Positions 17,731 through 23,939 of a DNA stretch of 26,127 bases are shown piece after piece. The stretch is from the NCBI GenBank assembly GCA_044359815.1, contig JBIKLL010000033.1, positions 1-26,127 of the forward strand, in the 5' to 3' direction. The number at the start of each line of letters is the position of its first letter. Positions within the stretch are counted from its first letter, which is position 1. Below the pieces are notes generated by a model. It ran no database searches and was not told the origin of the DNA. It saw nothing but the letters and a program-made list of their open reading frames with translations. Origin of the DNA: Pseudobdellovibrionaceae bacterium. Lineage in GTDB: Bacteria > Bdellovibrionota > Bdellovibrionia > Bdellovibrionales > Bdellovibrionaceae. Both the position numbers and the translations under genes were made by a program.

Positions 17731-19185
17731 ATGCATGATGATGCAAATAAAATCTTAGATTTACTGAATTCTCGATTCGGATTTCAAAAATTTAAAGAAC
17801 CTCAAGGGGAAATCATTGATCACACACTAAAAGGACAATCTTCTCTGGTAATTTTGCCCACGGGATATGGCAAAAGCCTATGTTTTCAGCTGCCAGCCTT
17901 GGTTTTTGACGGATTGACGGTGGTTATTTCCCCTCTGATCGCGTTGATGCAAGATCAGGTTTCTGTTTTACGCAAAAAAGGAATTTCAGCCAGTTTTATA
18001 AATTCCAGTTTGACCAGTGAAGAAAGGGCTAAACGCTATCAGGACTTGGAAAACAGACAGTACAAAATCATCTATGTAACACCCGAAAGATTCAAAAAAC
18101 CTGAATTTCTGAAAGCATTGTCTAAAAACAAAGTCAGCTTGATGGCTGTTGATGAAGCCCATTGTATTTCCCAATGGGGCCATGATTTTAGGCCAGAGTA
18201 TTCAAGGGTTGATGAGTTCATTCAAATAATGGGAAACCCAGCAGTGATGGCACTGACGGCGACAGCCACAGAAAAAACTCAGAATGAAATATGCCAAAAA
18301 TTAAATATCACCAAAAAATTTATCACAGGTGTTGAAAGACCCAATCTGTCGCTCAACGTTCATTCTGTTTACGGGCTTGATGAGAAAATCAGAAATTTTG
18401 TCGGGTTGATTCATCAGATTCAGGGAGCTAAAATCATTTATACTAGCCTGATCTCGACACTCTATAAAGTCGCTGATGAATTTTCGAGACTAGGGATTTC
18501 ATTTTATGTCTACCATGGTGATTTGACCAGTCAGCAACGAGTGCAAAATCAAAAGGACTTTCTGGGTTCATCAAATGGTTTGATGTTGGCAACACCGGCT
18601 TTTGGATTGGGCATTGATAAACCCAATATCAGAGGGGTTTTTCACGCGGAAATTCCTGCCTCCATCGAAGCTTATTTTCAGGAAATCGGCAGGGCCGGCA
18701 GGGATAGTCAGGATTCATTTTGTCATTTGATGTTTGATGAAGACGATATTTCCATACAAGCAGAGTTTTTAAAATGGTCCACCCCGGATCCTGGATTTAT
18801 AAAAACTGTTTTTCATTTAATCCAGGCAGGAGGCCCGGGGTTAGCCAATGATGGGATTGATTTTTTGCGCGAGAAAATGAATTTTTATAACAAAAGGGAT
18901 TACCGTGTCGAGACCTCAGTGAATCTGCTAGAGCGCTGGGGATGTTTGGAATCCGACAGGTCACGATTGGGATTTAGAGCAGTCAGTGAGCCCGAAAGTC
19001 ATGATTTAGACGTGAATTTACACAAACTGAGAGTGAATAATTTAAATCAAAAATTATATGAAATGGTTTCTTATGCCAAAGACACTTCCCGTTGCCGCCA
19101 AGCTGCAGTGCTGAGCTATTTCGGCGTCCAGTTTCCTGATTGCGGAAAATGCGATGTCTGCTGCGCAGAAGTAAAAACTCTTTAA
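17731..19185 (+). CDS. recQ: RecQ-family ATP-dependent DNA helicase, short form without HRDC
   Basis: [51 protein letters not shown], Zn site CR...CGKCDVC. Confidence 0.94.
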   Translation: MHDDANKILDLLNSRFGFQKFKEPQGEIIDHTLKGQSSLVILPTGYGKSLCFQLPALVFDGLTVVISPLIALMQDQVSVLRKKGISASFINSSLTSEERAKRYQDLENRQYKIIYVTPERFKKPEFLKALSKNKVSLMAVDEAHCISQWGHDFRPEYSRVDEFIQIMGNPAVMALTATATEKTQNEICQKLNITKKFITGVERPNLSLNVHSVYGLDEKIRNFVGLIHQIQGAKIIYTSLISTLYKVADEFSRLGISFYVYHGDLTSQQRVQNQKDFLGSSNGLMLATPAFGLGIDKPNIRGVFHAEIPASIEAYFQEIGRAGRDSQDSFCHLMFDEDDISIQAEFLKWSTPDPGFIKTVFHLIQAGGPGLANDGIDFLREKMNFYNKRDYRVETSVNLLERWGCLESDRSRLGFRAVSEPESHDLDVNLHKLRVNNLNQKLYEMVSYAKDTSRCRQAAVLSYFGVQFPDCGKCDVCCAEVKTL

Positions 19186-19223
19186 CATCTGAACTTAATT
19201 TTAAAAGCCAACTTACCGGGCTG

Positions 19224-19252
19224 TTGATTAGTTTCATTTAAATGGGTACATT
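19224..19252 (+). promoter_or_regulatory. Putative sigma70 promoter for a leaderless transcript
   Basis: TTGATT-N17-TACATT, then 7 nt to in-frame ATG 19260. Confidence 0.55.
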
Positions 19253-19259
19253 GAAGTCT

Positions 19260-19691
19260 ATGAAACTAAAAAAAATAGCCTTGATGGTGTTGGCTGCAGT
19301 TTTTGTATTGATCGCTTGGTTTGGAATTTGGAGTGTGTATTTTAGTTCTAAACCTCTGAGAGAAAAGGTTGAGGAAAGAATTTCCGAAGTTAAAACCACT
19401 GCAATGTCTAAATTGGCAATATCTACGACGGCTTCTAGTTTATTGATGTATTGGGCTGAATGTGGCAAATACCCAGCATCACTTGATGAGTTAACCAAAG
19501 AAAACAAAAGTTGCCCTGGCTGGACACCACAAGAATTTGATAAACCAACTCCCGATGGTTTTGGCAAGGAGCTGATTTACCTTCCTACTGAAAATAAGTT
19601 TATTCTGAAAAGTCTAGGAGCTGATGGGGTTGAGGGCGGAGTTGGTGAAAACGCCGATATCATCTGGGATACCAAAGACTTTAAAAATTAA
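19260..19691 (+). CDS. GspG-like (T2SS major pseudopilin C-terminal domain) membrane-anchored protein
   Basis: GKYPASLDEL, DGFGKELIY, SLGADGVEGGVGENADI; N-terminal TM helix; alternative start at 19242. Confidence 0.8.
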   Translation: MKLKKIALMVLAAVFVLIAWFGIWSVYFSSKPLREKVEERISEVKTTAMSKLAISTTASSLLMYWAECGKYPASLDELTKENKSCPGWTPQEFDKPTPDGFGKELIYLPTENKFILKSLGADGVEGGVGENADIIWDTKDFKN

Positions 19692-19745
19692 AACTTTAAA
19701 AATCTTTTTTTAAAGTTCATATCTTTTATTTATAAATTTAGATCA

Positions 19746-19937
19746 TTAAGAAGTGAGTTTTTTTCCGCAATCATAACAGAAGATGTTGCGTTCTTTTCTG
19801 CGGGCCGCATGTTTTTCTTCGTTGCAACTGCCGGCTGCCTTGGTTTGAAATCGATCCCCGCATTGGGGGCAGAAACGAACCATGGGATTCATTTTCCCAT
19901 GGTTCATATTTTTACAATGGTTATTTTTAATATTCAC
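19746..19937 (-). CDS. Small protein with two tandem C-x4-H-x9/10-CxxC putative zinc fingers (63 aa)
   Basis: GTG 1 nt after the RRM stop; CKNMNH...FCPQCG and CNEEKH...FCYDCG. Confidence 0.75.
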   Translation of the reverse strand: MNIKNNHCKNMNHGKMNPMVRFCPQCGDRFQTKAAGSCNEEKHAARRKERNIFCYDCGKKLTS

Positions 19938-19938
19938 C

Positions 19939-20262
19939 CTAGTAACGTGACCGGCGATCGCCACCGAAGCCGCGTCCACCAGAACGACCACCACCGCCGC
20001 CACCAGTTCTTGGTGCCATTGGTTTTGCGTGGCTTACATTGATAGCGCGACCAGATTGGTCAGTGCCATTCAATTTTTCGATAGCAGCTTCAGCTTCTGC
20101 ATCTGCTGACATTTCAACAAATCCGAAACCTTTGCTACGACCAGTATCACGATCCATAACGATTTTTGCAGATTCGACAGTGCCGAACTCAGCAAACAAT
20201 GCGGTCAGAGACTCGTCATTCATAGAGTAAGATAGATTTCCGATGTATAGTTTTTTTCCCAT
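19939..20262 (-). CDS. RRM-domain RNA-binding protein with Gly/Arg-rich tail
   Basis: RNP2 LYIGNL, RNP1 KGFGFVEM, tail GGGGGGRSGGRGFGGDRRSRY; ATG 20262 after AAGGAGG. Confidence 0.96.
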   Translation of the reverse strand: MGKKLYIGNLSYSMNDESLTALFAEFGTVESAKIVMDRDTGRSKGFGFVEMSADAEAEAAIEKLNGTDQSGRAINVSHAKPMAPRTGGGGGGRSGGRGFGGDRRSRY

Positions 20263-20476
20263 TTTGCCTCCTTTAAAAGCTTTGGGGGCCATTCGCAAGA
20301 AGACAAAAGATTGACTTATGAATCACGAGAACGGACGGTTAGAACTCCTTGGACCATAGTTTTGGAAATTTAGATAGGAAATTCACAACTCTGAAATGCA
20401 GGGTCGTTATTTACACAAGAGGCAAAGCCTTGCCCATTTAAATTCCTGTTAAAACCTTAATTAAAGGTTTCATGTT

Positions 20477-20950
20477 TTAAACCCTGTCCAGATCAAAAAC
20501 TGTGTGAAGAGCCTGCGCAGATCGTTTTAAATGCTCCTGGTCGATGACAGCGCTGATTTTGATTTCAGATGTCGTCACCAAATGCACGGGGATCTTATTT
20601 TCTGCTAAAACCTTAAAAAACCTGGCGGCTACACCCGGGTGGTTTCTCATTCCAACTCCAACAACCGAGACTTTTGCCATTTTGTCCATTGTGGTGCGTT
20701 CAAGGGTTCTGCCTTTCAGAATCTGATCCAAAACTTTGTTGGTCAGGGGCAGGTCTTCCTCGGTCACTGAAAACGCCAGCCTTTGCCCCTGTTCGTGTTG
20801 GCTTTGAGTGATAATATCAATGCTGACACCTTTATTGGAAAGCTCGGTAAATAACTCAGCTAAAAATTCAGCGCCTGCTGGGACGGGATTTAATTTTATA
20901 ACTACAGTAGAGGGGTCGTGGGTCACTGATGTGACTAAAGGGTTTTCCAT
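20477..20950 (-). CDS. Putative aspartate kinase beta subunit from an in-frame internal start (157 aa)
   Basis: Minus strand GAAGGAGAaatt-ATG-GAA at the kinase/ACT boundary (EGEI-MENPLV). Confidence 0.7.
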   Translation of the reverse strand: MENPLVTSVTHDPSTVVIKLNPVPAGAEFLAELFTELSNKGVSIDIITQSQHEQGQRLAFSVTEEDLPLTNKVLDQILKGRTLERTTMDKMAKVSVVGVGMRNHPGVAARFFKVLAENKIPVHLVTTSEIKISAVIDQEHLKRSAQALHTVFDLDRV

Positions 20951-21703
20951 AATTTCTCCTTCGGGGACAATCCAGGTGCCAGTTCTATTTTCAAAACTAC
21001 TTCTGACGTGGATTCGGACATTGTGTTTGGCACCTATTTCGACACTTCTGATGTGCAGGACTTTGGATCCCAAAGACGCCATTTCCATCATTTCTTCAAA
21101 AGAAATTTTATCAAGCTCTCGTGCATTGGGAACTAATCGGGGATCGGCAGAAAAAACCTTGGGTACGTCTGTGAAAATCTCGCAAGACTTTAATTGCATG
21201 GCTGCTGCAATCGCAACTGCGCTGGTGTCTGAACCACCGCGGCCCAGGGTAGTGATATTGTTATCAGTATCTATCCCTTGAAATCCTGCAATCACAGGAA
21301 AGATATTCTCTGAAACCAGCTTATTAATTTTGTCAGGATTGATATTTAAAATGCGGGCTTTTGAATACAAACTATCAGTTTCGATTCCGATTTGATAGGA
21401 CAACAGGGGCTTGGCCTTAAACCCACGTTTTTCAATAGCAATTGCCAATAAAGCTATGGAAACCTGTTCGCCGCTGGCTACCAGCATATCGTAGGCGGGA
21501 CCTCGGTATTTAGGATCGATTTGATTACCTAAGGATACCAAACGATTGGTTTCGCCTGACATGGCCGATGCCACAGTGATTGGAAATTCGCCCTGGTGGT
21601 AATCAGCGATCAATCGATCCGCAACGGCTTCGATGCGTTCGATGCTGCCGACAGATGTGCCTCCAAATTTTTTGACAACGATTTCGCGATTATTGAGTCT
21701 CAT
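20477..21703 (-). CDS. lysC: Aspartate kinase, alpha subunit
   Basis: VKKFGGTSV, SAMSGETN, GEQ, TTLGRGGSDTSA, TDV....ADPR, two ACT domains, TTSEIKIS; start ATG 21703. Confidence 0.96.
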   Translation of the reverse strand: MRLNNREIVVKKFGGTSVGSIERIEAVADRLIADYHQGEFPITVASAMSGETNRLVSLGNQIDPKYRGPAYDMLVASGEQVSIALLAIAIEKRGFKAKPLLSYQIGIETDSLYSKARILNINPDKINKLVSENIFPVIAGFQGIDTDNNITTLGRGGSDTSAVAIAAAMQLKSCEIFTDVPKVFSADPRLVPNARELDKISFEEMMEMASLGSKVLHIRSVEIGAKHNVRIHVRSSFENRTGTWIVPEGEIMENPLVTSVTHDPSTVVIKLNPVPAGAEFLAELFTELSNKGVSIDIITQSQHEQGQRLAFSVTEEDLPLTNKVLDQILKGRTLERTTMDKMAKVSVVGVGMRNHPGVAARFFKVLAENKIPVHLVTTSEIKISAVIDQEHLKRSAQALHTVFDLDRV

Positions 21704-22313
21704 TGGTGTTTTTGATGTCGATAATCTCCGTGGGCAAACAGGCTGTTTTTTTGTATTTGATCTTAATTTCTGAAATTTCGATCTGTTCATTGCCTAAATA
21801 GCTGATGTTCGTCAATCGAAATTTGTTTAGCAATTTACCCTGTTGCAGGCAGTCTGTTTTAGGAGAGTTCGGCGCTGGTATCAAAGTCATAAAAGCCATG
21901 TTCAGATTTTTATCGGTTTTGACGGTCACATTTGATGTCGGAAAGCTAAACAACTGTAATTTATGAGCTTGAATTTCAACACCCAAGCTTAATGTCAATG
22001 ATTCAACCAAGGGGCTTTTAATCCTGAGCTCGACGGAATCAATGCTTAGATGATTGGGGCCATCCAATTTGTAATTGAGCTCAAAGGCGCAATCGGTGGC
22101 TTTTTTAAGTCCCATGGAGGTGTCAATAACCAAGCCTTCGTTTTCCATAAATCCAAAGTCACCAAAATCAGGGTTTGCACACAGGTCAGGTTTTACTGCA
22201 GCATTGGCCGGTAGCTTCATTTTAAGTAATTTCAAAGCCGTGAATTGGTCTTGGATTTCTGTACAATGTGCCGAAAAAGGTAATAGCAAAGTTGTTAAAA
22301 TGATTTTGAACAT
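21690..22313 (-). CDS. Secreted hypothetical protein (207 aa)
   Basis: Signal peptide MFKIILTTLLLPFSAHC; 3' end overlaps the lysC start by 14 nt. Confidence 0.78.
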   Translation of the reverse strand: MFKIILTTLLLPFSAHCTEIQDQFTALKLLKMKLPANAAVKPDLCANPDFGDFGFMENEGLVIDTSMGLKKATDCAFELNYKLDGPNHLSIDSVELRIKSPLVESLTLSLGVEIQAHKLQLFSFPTSNVTVKTDKNLNMAFMTLIPAPNSPKTDCLQQGKLLNKFRLTNISYLGNEQIEISEIKIKYKKTACLPTEIIDIKNTNETQ

Positions 22314-22339
22314 AAAGACCTGCCTTATTAGCTATTGAA

Positions 22340-22355
22340 TGCAATTTAAGAGCCA
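22340..22355 (-). promoter_or_regulatory. Putative sigma54 (-24/-12) promoter
   Basis: Minus strand TGGCtcttaaaTTGCA, exact GG-N10-GC spacing, 26 nt before ATG 22313. Confidence 0.7.
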
Positions 22356-22372
22356 CAGTAAAGTCTAAAATT

Positions 22373-23008
22373 TTAAACGGGATTGCTTTTTATCATCTCT
22401 AAAAACTGCTTTCTGGGGATTTCTCGCCCCCCAAAAGATCTAGAGACATTGGTTACCATTTGCAGATCCATCCATGTGTGATTTTGTTGTTTCAAAACTT
22501 GGACAAGCTTAACAAAGGCAGCTTTACCGGCATCTGTTTCCTTAAAAAACATGGACTCAGCTGACAGATAATTTTTGCTTTTGACAGCATAAATCCCACC
22601 TACCAAGTCGGTGTTATTCCAGACCTCAACACTGACTATATGACCTGAGTCGTTCAGTTTTTTATAGGCTTTCACTATGGAATCATTGATCCATGTACCA
22701 TTTTGTCCTTTGCGGGGTGCTAATTTGCAGTTTTCAATCACTTGCGGAAAAGCTTTATTGACTGTGTAGGTCCACAATTTTTTTCTGAGTCTCTTTTTGA
22801 GACTACTGCTGATTTTAAGTTCATCAAAAAACAAAACTCCTCTGGGATCAGGGGAAAACCACAGCATCGGCAAGTCTTCATGAGGCCAAGGAAAAATCCC
22901 TCGGCCATAAGCTTCCAGAATCAAGCCCGTCGTCAGATTTCCGCCAACGGCGACAATGCCTTCGGGGGTAGTTTCAAAATTATTTGGGAAAAACTGTCGA
23001 GGTTTCAT
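22373..23008 (-). CDS. aat: Leucyl/phenylalanyl-tRNA--protein transferase
   Basis: GG.L....ILEAYGRGIFPW, WFSPDPRG, GTWI, SVEVW, LVGGIY, ESMF; likely start ATG 23008. Confidence 0.95.
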   Translation of the reverse strand: MKPRQFFPNNFETTPEGIVAVGGNLTTGLILEAYGRGIFPWPHEDLPMLWFSPDPRGVLFFDELKISSSLKKRLRKKLWTYTVNKAFPQVIENCKLAPRKGQNGTWINDSIVKAYKKLNDSGHIVSVEVWNNTDLVGGIYAVKSKNYLSAESMFFKETDAGKAAFVKLVQVLKQQNHTWMDLQMVTNVSRSFGGREIPRKQFLEMIKSNPV

Positions 23009-23048
23009 ACGCACAATAATTAAGACACAGGATATTAATAAAGTCACC

Positions 23049-23076
23049 TTTAGGGTACACTGAGGTCTGCCGAAAA
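23049..23076 (+). promoter_or_regulatory. Putative sigma28/FliA promoter
   Basis: TTTAG-N15-GCCGAAAA upstream of the PilZ gene. Confidence 0.6.
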
Positions 23077-23101
23077 CTAAAAGGTGAGCGGGGGAGAAGC
23101 C

Positions 23102-23398
23102 ATGTCATCACAAAGATTCGATACTCGCGAAAAAGCAGCGGTGGAAGTTTACGGCAAACCTCTTAATATTATCGCTGATCTAAAAAACATTTCAAAAACA
23201 GGTGCTTGCTTGGAGTGGACTTCAGACGATATCGATATAGACAAAGGTGATTTGATCAGAGTCACTGTGATCCTGAAAGCACTCAATCGCAAACACAATA
23301 TCAGTGCCGAAGTCGTTTGGCGTGAAGGCAAAAAAACGGGTATCAATTTTATCCCTCATGATCAGGTGCTTGAAAAGCTAACAGCCAAAGACATCTGA
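23102..23398 (+). CDS. Stand-alone PilZ-domain protein
   Basis: RFDTR (RxxxR) and NISKTG (D/NxSxxG); AEVVW...GINF; ATG 23102 after GGGGAG. Confidence 0.88.
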   Translation: MSSQRFDTREKAAVEVYGKPLNIIADLKNISKTGACLEWTSDDIDIDKGDLIRVTVILKALNRKHNISAEVVWREGKKTGINFIPHDQVLEKLTAKDI

Positions 23399-23403
23399 TA
23401 TTT

Positions 23404-23904
23404 TTATGCTTTGAAAAAAAACATAAAAGCAAAACTGCAAATCCACAATATTAATGAAGCCCAAAGTGCTGACAGTTTCAGCCAATTTCTGAAAACGCTG
23501 ATAGCAAAGGATTCCCTTACAAAAGATGTTTCCTGACTCATTTGTTCGCGAAGGCGGTTGCTCAATGACTGTAGCAATATCATTTTGTGAGGTGTCTGCA
23601 GTTTTTGAAAATGCACACCTACGACAATGGTTTTGTCGTATTTTGATTCAAGCCTGGTGACTAATCCATAACAAGCCATTGGTTTTCCCCCAGGCAATCT
23701 AAACTGGATTTTAATAAATTCACCCACCTGAGGGCATAAATCAGCCGTTGTCGTAAAGGCCAAGCCACTTAGAGAGATATTTTTGATCTGAGTGCCCTCT
23801 TCCCAAGGAATCTGGTGGGGGCCCGCGACACGGATCAGGGTGTCATCTTCAGGCTGAAGAATGTACCTTGGTGCTCTTGCATGGTATTTTGCTAATGTAT
23901 TCAC
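23404..23904 (-). CDS. PilZ-domain protein with C-terminal transmembrane helix
   Basis: RAPRY, NISLSGLAF, VGVHF; hydrophobic C-terminus LSALWASLILWICSFAFMFFF; GTG start. Confidence 0.85.
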   Translation of the reverse strand: MNTLAKYHARAPRYILQPEDDTLIRVAGPHQIPWEEGTQIKNISLSGLAFTTTADLCPQVGEFIKIQFRLPGGKPMACYGLVTRLESKYDKTIVVGVHFQKLQTPHKMILLQSLSNRLREQMSQETSFVRESFAISVFRNWLKLSALWASLILWICSFAFMFFFKA

Positions 23905-23911
23905 TAACAGT

Positions 23912-23939
23912 TTATCGGCTTTAGTCTAGGGTAACTTTA
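23912..23939 (-). promoter_or_regulatory. Sigma28/FliA promoter, probably leaderless
   Basis: Minus strand TAAAG-N15-GCCGATAA with a perfect -10, 7 nt before GTG 23904. Confidence 0.78.

Noticed and set aside
20421..20437. Fourth sigma54-like motif (minus strand TGGGCAAGGCTTTGCC) upstream of the RRM gene
   Set aside because: Spacing fits but the -24 box deviates from TGGCA; equally explained as a small GGCAA/TTGCC hairpin.
20808..21281. 157-aa antisense ORF within lysC, and similar antisense ORFs in tex, topA, prc, fusA, the GspG-like gene and ppk1
   Set aside because: Shadow frames of conserved genes with no motifs or initiation signals.
21704..21790. N-terminal extension of lysC deep into the upstream gene
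   Set aside because: The kinase motif begins just after ATG 21703; the extension looks like a longest-ORF artefact.
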